A model generated the notes under the pieces. That model was not told the DNA's origin. It searched no databases and saw nothing but the letters and a program-made list of their open reading frames with translations. A program made the position numbers and the translations under genes. Shown in pieces: positions 11,828-20,574 of a stretch of DNA of 41,148 nucleotides (the stretch's first letter is position 1; each line of letters opens with the position of its first letter). The DNA comes from an uncultured Gammaproteobacteria bacterium (GTDB lineage Bacteria; Pseudomonadota; Gammaproteobacteria; HK1), in contig CBDTYP010000001.1 of the NCBI GenBank assembly GCA_965364645.1, positions 1-41,148 of the forward strand. Direction: 5' to 3'.

Positions 11828-12884
11828 CGGCCTCCCCGTAGAAGTCGCTCTCACGATAACGCTCCCGCATGTGCCGGAGCAGCACGGCGAGTACGGATGC
11901 TACAGGCAGGGCGAGGAGAATGCCCATGAAGCCGAACAGCTGACCGCCGGCCAGAACGGCGAAGATGACGGCCACCGGGTGGAGCCCTACGCGGTCGCCC
12001 ACGAGCCAGGGCGTCAACACCATGCCTTCCAGCATCTGGCCCGATCCGAACACCAGAAGGACCCAGAGCAGCTGCACCACGTCCTGACTCTGGATGAGGA
12101 CCGCCAGGATCGCGCAGAGCATGCCGAAGATCACGCCGAGGTACGGAACGAAGCTCACCAGTCCCGCCAGCATGCCGATGGTGAGGGACCATTGGAGGCC
12201 GGCCAGGGACAGGCCGATGCTGTAGTAGACGCCGAGCGCCACCATCACCGTCAGCTGGCCCCTGAGGAAGGCCCCGAGCACCTGATCGGACTCCCGGGTG
12301 AGGGCCGAGATGGTTGGTTCGGACTGGCGCGGAAGCAGATCCCGGACGCCTGCGACGAAGCGGTCCCAGTCCCGCAGCAGGTAGAAGAGGACCACCGGTA
12401 TCAGCACGGCGCTCGCGAGCCATCCCGCCAGGGCGAGCCCCGAACGGCTGATGTAGGTGACTACTTCGACCAGAAGGTCGCCTACCTGCTCGAAGTTCTT
12501 CGCCAACGCCTCCTTGGCCTTCTCGACATCGGGAACGGCCAGCTCGATACCAAGGGTCGACTGCACCCAGGGCGCGAGCTCCCGGGCGACCCAGTCGACG
12601 AAGCCGGGCGCCGCGGCCATGAACGCGCCCAGCTGCTTGTGGACCACGGGAACCAGGAGCAAGGGGAGGATCAGGATGACGAGCACGATCACCCCGACGA
12701 CCAGAGACGTGGCGACGGTACGGGACAGCCTGCGGGCCACGAGCCAGTCCACCGCGGGATCGCCCAGGTAGGCGAGCAGGGCGGCGATGAGGAAAGGGGT
12801 GAGGACCGGCGCCAGCAGATACAGCAGCCAGCCGGTCAAGACCAGGCCGGCGAGGACGAACCACCTCTGGGAGTCGGTGAGCAT
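11808..12884 (-). CDS. AI-2E family transporter (PerM/UPF0118 permease)
   Basis: Track ORF 11808-12971, trimmed to the ATG at 12884 (MLTDSQRWFVLAGL..). About 8 TM helices and the characteristic FVPYLGVIFG segment. Confidence 0.85.
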   Translation of the reverse strand: MLTDSQRWFVLAGLVLTGWLLYLLAPVLTPFLIAALLAYLGDPAVDWLVARRLSRTVATSLVVGVIVLVILILPLLLVPVVHKQLGAFMAAAPGFVDWVARELAPWVQSTLGIELAVPDVEKAKEALAKNFEQVGDLLVEVVTYISRSGLALAGWLASAVLIPVVLFYLLRDWDRFVAGVRDLLPRQSEPTISALTRESDQVLGAFLRGQLTVMVALGVYYSIGLSLAGLQWSLTIGMLAGLVSFVPYLGVIFGMLCAILAVLIQSQDVVQLLWVLLVFGSGQMLEGMVLTPWLVGDRVGLHPVAVIFAVLAGGQLFGFMGILLALPVASVLAVLLRHMRERYRESDFYGEADEDRET

Positions 12885-12983
12885 GGACGGCGTTATCCCT
12901 GACGAAGCCGATCTATAGCGTACAGGCCGTACTCCGGACAAGGCGAGCGCAAAGTGCGCCCATATCTGCACCCTGACGCGGCG

Positions 12984-13424
12984 TCAGAGGAGGGTCCTGA
13001 AGCTCGGGCGCAGATCCGCGGGTTCCCGGACGCCGCTCAAGGTAGTAACCAGCTCGCCGGCGCCGTCGAACAGCAACAGCGTTACATGGGGCACATCGTA
13101 GCGGCGGGCGAGGGCTCGACCGCTGCTGGTATCGATGTCCGCGATACGGAACTGGATCTGACCTCGAAACTCCCCTTTGACGGAGTCCACGTTGCTGCGC
13201 AGGGACTGGCAGAGCCGACAGCTGGTGTCGTGGACCTGCACCACCGTTGGGGTGCCGTTTCCGATCACCGAGAGATCGTGGCTGACATCGTAGCTCTGCT
13301 TGTACGCGGTGAGTCCGAGGGCGCCCGCCGAGCAGAGGGCGAGCACGATGGCCACGTTGCGGATGCGCCGGAGGACCTTGCGCCGATTGCGCTTCGCACT
13401 GTTCTTCTTTGCCTTTCCAGTCAT
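12984..13424 (-). CDS. Membrane-anchored thioredoxin-fold protein (CxxC)
   Basis: Track ORF 12984-13517. AGGAG ATG AGA ATG favours the second ATG (13424). Basic N-terminus, one TM helix (VAIVLALCSAGALGL), then a thioredoxin-like domain with CRLC. Confidence 0.75.
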   Translation of the reverse strand: MTGKAKKNSAKRNRRKVLRRIRNVAIVLALCSAGALGLTAYKQSYDVSHDLSVIGNGTPTVVQVHDTSCRLCQSLRSNVDSVKGEFRGQIQFRIADIDTSSGRALARRYDVPHVTLLLFDGAGELVTTLSGVREPADLRPSFRTLL

Positions 13425-13596
13425 TCTCATCTCCTGAGCTTCGATCGCTCGAAATGGCGTCGATACTCTATAGAACGTGAAAAGGCCGGATTTGTTCGGC
13501 GGCAACTGGCGAGCCATCGGGATTTAATCTAATCAAGCAGCCGCAAATCCTGCCGATATCAACTACGTTAGACCCGTACCTCGAGGAGATTTCGAC

Positions 13597-14592
13597 GTGA
13601 ATCTGAGCAAGCCAATGGTCCTGGGACTGGTCCTCGCGGCGCACGGTGCCTCGTGCCTGGCCGGAGAAGCACCGCTTTTTCGGTATGAGGGCACCGAATA
13701 CCGGGCCGAGGACGCGTCGCCGTCTCTGAGGAAGCTGTTCTTCGACTTGGACTCGATCTACTACGAGCAGCGCCAGGCCCTCGCCGATGAGCTCCTCTAC
13801 GAGGCTTATCTGGATGCGGAAGCCGCGCGGCGGGGTATGACGACGGAGGCCCTCGCGGAGGAGTTGATCCGAATCGTGCCGCCTGGCGAACGGGAGATCC
13901 GCGCTTTCTATGACGGTAATGCATCCAGGATCGGTCAGCCCTACGAGCAGGTACGCGGCCGCATCGAGGAGCATCTCGTGTCCGAGCAGCTACGCATCAA
14001 GAAGGCCGCGTTGCTGAGTGAGGTCAAGGTAAAGGGCGGTTATCGGGCACTTTTCGAGGCGCCAAAGCCGCCGCCCGTGGCGATCGCGACCGACGGCTAC
14101 CCGCGCAAGGGCGCGGAGACGCCGACAGTCACCATTATCGAATTCGGCGACTATCAGTGTCCGCTCTGCAAGAACGCGGCCGCCATCATGGCGCGCGTCG
14201 TCAAGAAGTATCCCGATGACGTGCAGGTCATTTACATGGATCTGCCGATCAACCGATCGGGGATCTCGAGGTCAGTGGCGGTCGGCGCCGCGTGCGCGTT
14301 GGAGCAGGATCGCTTCTGGGAATTTCACGATCTCGCTTACGAGAATCAGAGCCGGCTCGATCACGACTCGGTGCGGCAGTTCGCAAGCCAGCTCGAGCTC
14401 GACCAAAGTGCGTTTGCTGCTTGTCTCTCGAACGGTACCGGGAACGCCCGCGTCGCCGGTGCCGAGCGGGAAGCTCGCAGGCTGGGACTCAGAGGTACGC
14501 CCAGCGTCTACGTCAACGGCCAGCCGTTGCGCAGCAACCATCTGGAGAGAGACCTGGAGCGGCTCATCGAAGAGATCGTCGCGTCCGGATAG
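13597..14592 (+). CDS. DsbA-family thiol:disulfide oxidoreductase with N-terminal helical (chaperone-like) extension
   Basis: GTG start, signal peptide MNLSKPMVLGLVLAAHGASC, EFGDYQCPLCK active site, and GTPSVYVNG (cis-Pro loop region). Confidence 0.85.
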   Translation: MNLSKPMVLGLVLAAHGASCLAGEAPLFRYEGTEYRAEDASPSLRKLFFDLDSIYYEQRQALADELLYEAYLDAEAARRGMTTEALAEELIRIVPPGEREIRAFYDGNASRIGQPYEQVRGRIEEHLVSEQLRIKKAALLSEVKVKGGYRALFEAPKPPPVAIATDGYPRKGAETPTVTIIEFGDYQCPLCKNAAAIMARVVKKYPDDVQVIYMDLPINRSGISRSVAVGAACALEQDRFWEFHDLAYENQSRLDHDSVRQFASQLELDQSAFAACLSNGTGNARVAGAEREARRLGLRGTPSVYVNGQPLRSNHLERDLERLIEEIVASG

Positions 14593-14684
14593 GGCCGGTC
14601 ATGATTCCGAAGCGTAAAGAGACTATATAATCCGCAGCCTCGTATCTTGTCTCTGTTCAGTGCGTCGTTGCGGGAGTCCGAATC

Positions 14685-15968
14685 GTGAGGAAGCTGTGGA
14701 GCATCGTCAGGCGCGAACTCGCACGCGTCGGCGATCGTCGGAAGAGAAACAAGCAGGCGCGTGATCGGGCCGACCGGCGCCGCCGGCGCATCCGGGATTG
14801 GGAAGAATCCAACAAGCGCGAGCCCGATCGTATCGTCGCGCGCAGGGCTGCGCTCAAGTCGGGCCAGAAGCCCCTCGATTGCGCGTTCTGTACGGCCGCC
14901 CGCAGCTGGTTCGCGGCCAGATTGGCGCAGGTCGTGGATGCCGCGTCGGCGGTGCGTTCATACATCGCCAGATTCGTCGAACGTGTCGGCCACCGCCTGA
15001 CGAGCGGGCGCGCTGACGAAGCTTTCCATGCATCCAGGGGAGTTCTTCGAAGACGCCCATATTCGGGTTCCAGACCAAGACGCTTCGAGCTCCATGTCCC
15101 GCGCGGCTATACAGATGACTCGCCTGTTCCGCTCCTGATGGTTCTGCACGGCTGCCGGCAGAATATTGCCGATATTCGCAGCATTTCGAACTTCGACGCG
15201 ATCGCGGATCGTGAGGGCTTCGTCGCCGTTTATCCGTTCGTCACGAGCTACTCCGGATTCCGTATGCGGAACTGCTGGGGCTGGTGGCTCGACAGTGAGA
15301 TTCGTCCGGGTGCGGGTGAAGTCGAGGACGTCTGGCAGATCGTGGAGCAGATACAGGGCGAGCTGAGTATTGACGCGCGGCGGATTCACATTGCCGGGCT
15401 ATCCTCCGGGGGAGGAATGGCGGTGGCTGCCATGGTGGCACATCATGACAAATTCGCGTCGGGCGCCGCGGTAGCGGGAGTACCTTATTCCGAGACGCCG
15501 CGTGCGGTGTCGTACGGAGGGCCATCCGGCGTGACGTTTAAACCGACAGCGCAGATCGTCCGCACGATGAAATCTGTCATGGGCGCCGAGGAACGCCCGA
15601 GCCCGATCTTCATCGTTCATTCCGTAGACGACCCGGTCGTCGGTATAGGAGCCGCCAGGAATCTACGCGATTCGTGGACAGCCTGCTACGAGATCGACTC
15701 GACGCGGCCGGCGTCGGAAGTATCCGGGGTGGATGGTGAGACATCATGGGTGCACTCGAAGTACCGGGAGAGCAGGAAGCGATCTGCCGTCGAGACTGTG
15801 TTCATCGAGGGGCCCGGACACGGTTGGTACGGCGGCAATCCCGGCAGGTTCAGCTATCCGGCCGCGCCCGATACGTCCTCGCTCATGTGGCAGTTCTTCA
15901 AGCGGCATCCACTGTACTCGGACACCCGTCGTCGCAGCGGACGCATACAGATCCGCGAAGCAAGCTGA
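14685..15968 (+). CDS. PHB-depolymerase-family esterase (LpqC-like alpha/beta hydrolase) with ~130-aa Arg-rich N-terminal extension
   Basis: FELHVPRGY..PLLMVLHGCRQ, NCWGWW and the nucleophile elbow GLSSGG fit the family. GTG start. The extension keeps GC-rich third positions, so it looks translated. Confidence 0.8.
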   Translation: MRKLWSIVRRELARVGDRRKRNKQARDRADRRRRRIRDWEESNKREPDRIVARRAALKSGQKPLDCAFCTAARSWFAARLAQVVDAASAVRSYIARFVERVGHRLTSGRADEAFHASRGVLRRRPYSGSRPRRFELHVPRGYTDDSPVPLLMVLHGCRQNIADIRSISNFDAIADREGFVAVYPFVTSYSGFRMRNCWGWWLDSEIRPGAGEVEDVWQIVEQIQGELSIDARRIHIAGLSSGGGMAVAAMVAHHDKFASGAAVAGVPYSETPRAVSYGGPSGVTFKPTAQIVRTMKSVMGAEERPSPIFIVHSVDDPVVGIGAARNLRDSWTACYEIDSTRPASEVSGVDGETSWVHSKYRESRKRSAVETVFIEGPGHGWYGGNPGRFSYPAAPDTSSLMWQFFKRHPLYSDTRRRSGRIQIREAS

Positions 15969-15989
15969 TTTCACCGCGGGCATTGGCGG

Positions 15990-16886
15990 GTGGATGAGAA
16001 TCAGACACTAACCGACCGGTTGCGGGACAATCGCCGTGGCATCTATTGGATGTTGCTGACCACGGGTCTGTTCACCAGTCTGGATGCCACCGCCAAGTAT
16101 CTCGCCCAGGACTATCCCGTGCCCCAGGTGCTGTGGGCGCGTTTCAGCTTTCATCTCGTGTTCGTCGTCCTGTTCCTCGGCGCCCGTCTGAGCGTCACCC
16201 TTCGCAGTAACCGGCTGGGGCTTCAGCTGGTGCGATCGTTCCTCATGCTGGTCACCACAGGGATGTTTTTCTTCGCCGTGGGCTCGCTGCCCCTTGCCGA
16301 TGTGGTCGCCATCATGTTCGTCGGCCCGTTGTTCGTGACTGCGCTGTCCGTCCCCCTGCTCGGCGACTACGTGGGACCGCGTCGCTGGGCGGCGGTGGCG
16401 GTCGGATTCCTCGGCGCTCTACTGGTCGTCCGTCCGGGCAGCGGCATCATGCAGGGCCTCGCTGTCCTGCCCGTTCTCGCTGCCTTCTCCCACGCGCTCT
16501 ACACGATAACGACCCGCAAGCTCGCCAATCATGACCTACCCATGACGACGCTCTTCTATACGGCGGCGCTCGGTGCCGTGGTAACTACCGCGATCGTGCC
16601 GTATTTCTGGATCACGCCGGACCTCGCCGGATGGCTGTTGATGGCGTTACTCGGCGTGTTCGGCGCGGCCGGGCATCTGACACTCATCAAGGCCCTCGGC
16701 TACGCCTCCCCGGTCGTGGTCGCGCCGCTCAGCTACGCGAGCCTCGTCTGGTCAATCGGCATGGGGTTCGCGCTGTTCGGGGATCTGCCCGATGGGATGA
16801 CGCTGATCGGCGCGGTGGTTATCGCGGGCAGTGGCCTCTACGTCTTTCACCGGGAACGGGCACGGGGCGCGAGCATCGAAGACTGA
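15990..16886 (+). CDS. DMT-superfamily (EamA-like) transporter
   Basis: GTG start. Ten predicted TM helices arranged as two EamA halves. 298 aa. Confidence 0.85.
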   Translation: MDENQTLTDRLRDNRRGIYWMLLTTGLFTSLDATAKYLAQDYPVPQVLWARFSFHLVFVVLFLGARLSVTLRSNRLGLQLVRSFLMLVTTGMFFFAVGSLPLADVVAIMFVGPLFVTALSVPLLGDYVGPRRWAAVAVGFLGALLVVRPGSGIMQGLAVLPVLAAFSHALYTITTRKLANHDLPMTTLFYTAALGAVVTTAIVPYFWITPDLAGWLLMALLGVFGAAGHLTLIKALGYASPVVVAPLSYASLVWSIGMGFALFGDLPDGMTLIGAVVIAGSGLYVFHRERARGASIED

Positions 16887-17001
16887 TCGGAGCGCACCGC
16901 CCTGGTCGAAAATCGTGCACGACTCCCCAATGTGGTGCAACACCGTTGCCCCAGGTCTTCCGGCCCTACGTAACTCACTGAAAAGAAACGCTGAAGTGAT
17001 C

Positions 17002-17017
17002 TGGCACGCTTCCTGCT
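17002..17017 (+). promoter_or_regulatory. Putative sigma-54 (-24/-12) promoter of amtB
   Basis: TGGCACGCTTCCTGCT matches the consensus TGGCACG-N4-TTGCW, with GG and GC correctly spaced and one mismatch. It lies about 40 nt upstream of the amtB GTG. NtrC-like half-sites TGCAC (16916-16920), GGTGCA (16934-16939) and CGCACC-N5-GGTCGA (16893-16909) lie upstream. Confidence 0.55.
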
Positions 17018-17057
17018 TTGGTCTTCCGCGATTTGTTAATCGGTCGAGGAGATCAGC

Positions 17058-18389
17058 GTGGAAACGACACAGGAACTTCAGTACGCATTGAACACACTCT
17101 GGTTCGTGCTCGCGGGCGCCCTGGTGATGTGGATGGCCGCGGGATTCACGATGCTGGAGGCGGGGCTCGTTCGCACCAAGCACACAACGGAAATTCTCGC
17201 CAAGAATGTGGCGCTGTATTCCATCGCCTGCATCATGTACCTCCTGATGGGTTACAACCTGATGTACGGCGAGGGCAACAGCTTTATCGGCGGCGGCTGG
17301 CTGCTGGCGGGGATCGCCGGCGAGGACGGCGTGTCCATGTACGGCGACGATGGCCCCACCCATGCCATGCACGCGGACTTCTTCTACCAGGTTGTCTTCG
17401 TGGCCACGGCTATGTCTATCGTCTCCGGAGCGGTGGCCGAGCGCATGAAGCTGTGGGCCTTCCTCCTGTTCGCCGTCGTGCTCACGGGCGTTATCTATCC
17501 GATCCAGGGTCACTGGAGCTGGGGTGGCGGGTTCCTGTCCGATCTCGGCTACGTGGACTACGCCGGGTCGGGAATCGTACACATGGCCGGCGCGGCCGCC
17601 GCCCTCGCGGGCGTGCTCCTGCTCGGTGCGCGGACGGGCAAATATGGGCCTAACGGCAGAGTGAATCCCATGCCCGGCGCCAACATGCCGCTGGCAACCG
17701 TCGGGACCCTGATCCTGTGGATGGGCTGGTTCGGCTTCAACGGCGGGTCCGAGCTCTCCATGAGCAGCAAGGGCGCCGCGGACGCCGTGGCGACGGTATT
17801 CCTCAACACCAATACCGCGGCGGCCGGGGGCCTGGTCGCGGCCATGGTTCTGGCGCGACTGATGTTCGGCAAGGCGGATCTCACGATGGCCCTGAACGGC
17901 GCGCTCGCCGGCCTGGTCGCCATAACCGCCGGGCCCAATACACCGACGCCCCTGCTGGCTACCGGCATCGGCGCGGTGGGCGGCATCATCGTCGTGTTTT
18001 CCATCGTCTTCCTGGATCGAATTCGCATCGATGATCCTGTCGGCGCAATCTCCGTGCACGGCACGGCCGGCATATGGGGAATCCTCGCGGTGCTCCTGTC
18101 AAACGATGACGCGACGTTGAGCGGGCAATTGGCGGGCATCGGTGCGATATTCGCCTTCGTGTTCTGCTCCAGCCTGGTCGTCTGGTTGGTCCTCAAGATG
18201 ACCGTCGGCATCCGAGTCCACGAGGACGACGAGCTCGAAGGAGTGGATCTCGCCGAGTGCGGCATGCAGGCGTATCCGGAATTCGTTGGCGGGCATTTCG
18301 CCACCTCCGACTCGCCGACGGCGGGTGGTGAGAGGCGCGCTTCGCTGTCATCCGGAATCCTCACGCCGTCGAGCTCGCCGGCCGCTTGA
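17058..18389 (+). CDS. amtB: Ammonium transporter (Amt family)
   Basis: TLWFVLAGALVMWMAAGFTMLEAGLVRTKH, GSGIVHMAGAAAALAG and WMGWFGFNGGS are hallmark Amt motifs. GTG start after GAGGAG. Confidence 0.93.
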   Translation: METTQELQYALNTLWFVLAGALVMWMAAGFTMLEAGLVRTKHTTEILAKNVALYSIACIMYLLMGYNLMYGEGNSFIGGGWLLAGIAGEDGVSMYGDDGPTHAMHADFFYQVVFVATAMSIVSGAVAERMKLWAFLLFAVVLTGVIYPIQGHWSWGGGFLSDLGYVDYAGSGIVHMAGAAAALAGVLLLGARTGKYGPNGRVNPMPGANMPLATVGTLILWMGWFGFNGGSELSMSSKGAADAVATVFLNTNTAAAGGLVAAMVLARLMFGKADLTMALNGALAGLVAITAGPNTPTPLLATGIGAVGGIIVVFSIVFLDRIRIDDPVGAISVHGTAGIWGILAVLLSNDDATLSGQLAGIGAIFAFVFCSSLVVWLVLKMTVGIRVHEDDELEGVDLAECGMQAYPEFVGGHFATSDSPTAGGERRASLSSGILTPSSSPAA

Positions 18390-18398
18390 GCATCCATC

Positions 18399-18436
18399 GG
18401 CAGCGCGGCGCCGGAGTCCTCCGGCGCCGCGCTGCC
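18399..18436 (+). terminator. Perfect 18-bp GC-rich inverted repeat just after amtB (terminator-like hairpin, no clear U-tract)
   Basis: GGCAGCGCGGCGCCGGAG-tc-CTCCGGCGCCGCGCTGCC, starting 10 nt after the amtB stop. Confidence 0.5.
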
Positions 18437-18767
18437 CGAGTTGTCCCCGCGATACTTCTGTTAGGGAAGAAAAAAACCCGCGTGCGTTAATCCCGTGAAA
18501 CCAGGAATACAATCCCTTAACGATCTCATTCGTTCCCGGATGCGATAAAGAACGCAGGTACTCGCGAATACATCCCCCCGTTACCCAACTTCCTAAGTGC
18601 GAATCCCTTTCTTCACGAACTGCACACTGGGTCACATTTCAAAAATGTGCACTCGTCACAAAACTTGTGCATTTCTATATTTTCTATGAGACGCGCTTAC
18701 CCGGTCACGAAATGTTCAGGGGCATTGGGCCGGCAGCAATTGAACCAGAACAAGGGGGAGAGCGATC

Positions 18768-20516
18768 ATGTCCTGCAAGAGATGGTGGTGGAGAGGCAAC
18801 GACGATCAGACGGGGACTTCCGGGAGAGATTGGCTTTTCGGTGGCCGGGGGGGCAATACTATCGATGGCCGCGGAGGGAACGACTTCATCTGGGCCGGGC
18901 GCGGGGACGACACGGTTCTCGGCGGCGAAGGCCACGACCTGATCTTCGCCGGAAGGGGCGACGATGATGTCGACGGCGGCGAAGGTAATGACAAAATCTT
19001 CGCGGGAAGAGGCGATGACGACGTCAACGGCGGGGACGGCAACGACAAGGTCTTCGCCGGGCGTGGTGACGATGTCGTAAATGGTGGCGCAGGAAACGAC
19101 AAGGTGTACGCCGGACGTGGCGACGACGTCGTCAACCACAACGTTGCCGAGAACGAAGGTTCGAGAGACTACTACAACGGCGGCCGCGGCAACGACGTGC
19201 TGGTTCTGCAGATGACCCACGCCGAGTTCAACTCGGCGGAGGTGCAGGCCGATCTCGAGGCGCTGGACGCGTATCTCGCCGAGCACGCAGGGAGATGGTC
19301 CTACCGCGCGTTCGAGTTCGAATCGATCGACCTGAAGATCAGGAACTTCGAGCGATACGAGGTCGAGTACACCGATGCCGCGCCCGTTCCGTCAAGGCGG
19401 GAAACACCTCCCCAGGCGAATGACGATCAGGTCACGATCGAGACCGGCGTCACGGCGATCGAGGAGGCCGAGTCGAACGACCCAACCAGCGGACTGCCGT
19501 TCTCCGCAACCGCGCAGGTTGTCGAACGGTCGAGTTTCCGCGTCGACTCCAGCAGCGACGTGGGAGACGACACTCTGCCGAGGGTGAGCATCGCGGGCTT
19601 CATCGGCGATGCGTCGGCCTCGAGCCAGGCGCCGAATCCGAACGACGTCGATCTCTACGCGATAACGCTTCAAGCCGGCGAAAAGCTCATCTTGGACATC
19701 GACTACGGGTTCGACCCGATGTCAGGCAAGTCGTTGATAACCCAGCTCTTCGTGCACGACGCTGCCGGCACCGTCCTCGCCGAGAACTACCAGGCCCCGG
19801 TGAGCGAGGGCGGTGACGGCTCCATCTCCGTTTTCGATTCCTATCTGGAGTTCAGCGATCCCGGTACCGGGGGAACCTACTATTTCGCCGTTTCTTCTTT
19901 CGACAACGATCCTCTGGCCGGGACCGGCGAGTACAACGCCAACGGTCTGGTCACCGGTGACTACGTTTTGAACGTCAGTATCGAGAATCCGGCGCCGGAT
20001 CTTGGCGCCCTCGTCATCGGTGCGGATACGCTCCTGGCAAACGACTTTGATTTCGACGGTGATGCACTCGTCATCACCAGCGTTGGCAATGCCGTCAACG
20101 GGGAGGTAGAGCTGTCGAGCTCCGGCGACATACTCTTCAGACCTGCCGCGAATTCACCGGGATCTTTCGAGTACACCGTGAGCGACGGCAACGGAGGCGA
20201 ATCCACCGCCACGGTGACCGTGAATGGGAACCCGATCAACGGCACGACGGGGGACGATGTGCTCGTGAGCACGACCGAGGACGACATGTTCGTCGGCGGT
20301 GGAGGTAGCAACAGGTTCGATTTCGCCACCGGCTCCGGGCAGGACACCATCGCCGACTACGATACGGCCACCGACGCCCTCGCAATCACCGACAACATGA
20401 CGGCGGGGAGTGTCGAGGAGACGGCGAACGGCGATACCCTGGTGACCTTCGACACCGGTGACTCGGTGTTGCTGGTGGGCGTAACGGGCGTCACCGGCTC
20501 CGATCTGTTCGTCTGA
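18768..20516 (+). CDS. Type I secretion substrate: RTX calcium-binding repeats + PPC-like (pre-peptidase C-terminal) domain + cadherin-like domain + C-terminal T1SS target domain
   Basis: ATG after AAGGGGGAG. Nonapeptide GGxGxD repeats span aa 19-123. DVDLYAITLQAGEKLILDI..YYFAVSSF..GDYVLNV resembles PPC domains. ANDFDFDGDALVITSV..FEYTVSDGNGGESTATVTV resembles cadherin-like/VCBS modules. The end, GSGQDTIADYD..TGSDLFV, resembles T1SS C-terminal target domains. Confidence 0.88.
   Translation: MSCKRWWWRGNDDQTGTSGRDWLFGGRGGNTIDGRGGNDFIWAGRGDDTVLGGEGHDLIFAGRGDDDVDGGEGNDKIFAGRGDDDVNGGDGNDKVFAGRGDDVVNGGAGNDKVYAGRGDDVVNHNVAENEGSRDYYNGGRGNDVLVLQMTHAEFNSAEVQADLEALDAYLAEHAGRWSYRAFEFESIDLKIRNFERYEVEYTDAAPVPSRRETPPQANDDQVTIETGVTAIEEAESNDPTSGLPFSATAQVVERSSFRVDSSSDVGDDTLPRVSIAGFIGDASASSQAPNPNDVDLYAITLQAGEKLILDIDYGFDPMSGKSLITQLFVHDAAGTVLAENYQAPVSEGGDGSISVFDSYLEFSDPGTGGTYYFAVSSFDNDPLAGTGEYNANGLVTGDYVLNVSIENPAPDLGALVIGADTLLANDFDFDGDALVITSVGNAVNGEVELSSSGDILFRPAANSPGSFEYTVSDGNGGESTATVTVNGNPINGTTGDDVLVSTTEDDMFVGGGGSNRFDFATGSGQDTIADYDTATDALAITDNMTAGSVEETANGDTLVTFDTGDSVLLVGVTGVTGSDLFV
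18822..19136 (+). repeat. Coding tandem repeat block (RTX nonapeptides, 54-nt / 18-aa super-period)
   Basis: IFAGRGDDDVDGGEGNDK / IFAGRGDDDVNGGDGNDK / VFAGRGDDVVNGGAGNDK / VYAGRGDDVVN are read directly from the translation. Confidence 0.9.
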
Positions 20517-20574
20517 AGCGGGTGTCCGAGATTCATTCACCTCCCGGCTCTATACGTCGGGAAGGTACTGGAGC

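Noticed and set aside
14600-14684. TATATAAT stretch (about 14624-14631) as a sigma-70 -10 box for the esterase gene
   Set aside because: The best -35 candidate (TTCCGA) is spaced only about 15 nt away and is a weak match. This is not enough to call a promoter.
16752-18059. 435-aa minus-strand ORF
   Set aside because: It is antisense to amtB, whose frame carries unmistakable Amt motifs. The translation is low-complexity and His/Arg/Gly/Asp-rich.
18348-18635. 95-aa minus-strand ORF in the AT-rich region downstream of amtB
   Set aside because: It would run through the terminator palindrome and overlap the amtB 3' end. Its second half is Arg/Gly-rich shadow sequence, and it has no ribosome-binding site.
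18640-18662. CRP-like site AAATGTGCACTCGTCACAAAA
   Set aside because: The half-sites resemble TGTGA/TCACA, but the spacer is one nucleotide short of the canonical TGTGA-N6-TCACA. I report it only as a generic operator-like palindrome.
18822-19136. Regular short-period DNA repeats that could be mistaken for a CRISPR-like or satellite array
   Set aside because: The periodicity (27/54 nt) is in frame and encodes GGxGxD RTX nonapeptides inside a well-supported ORF. There are no unique spacers and no leader.
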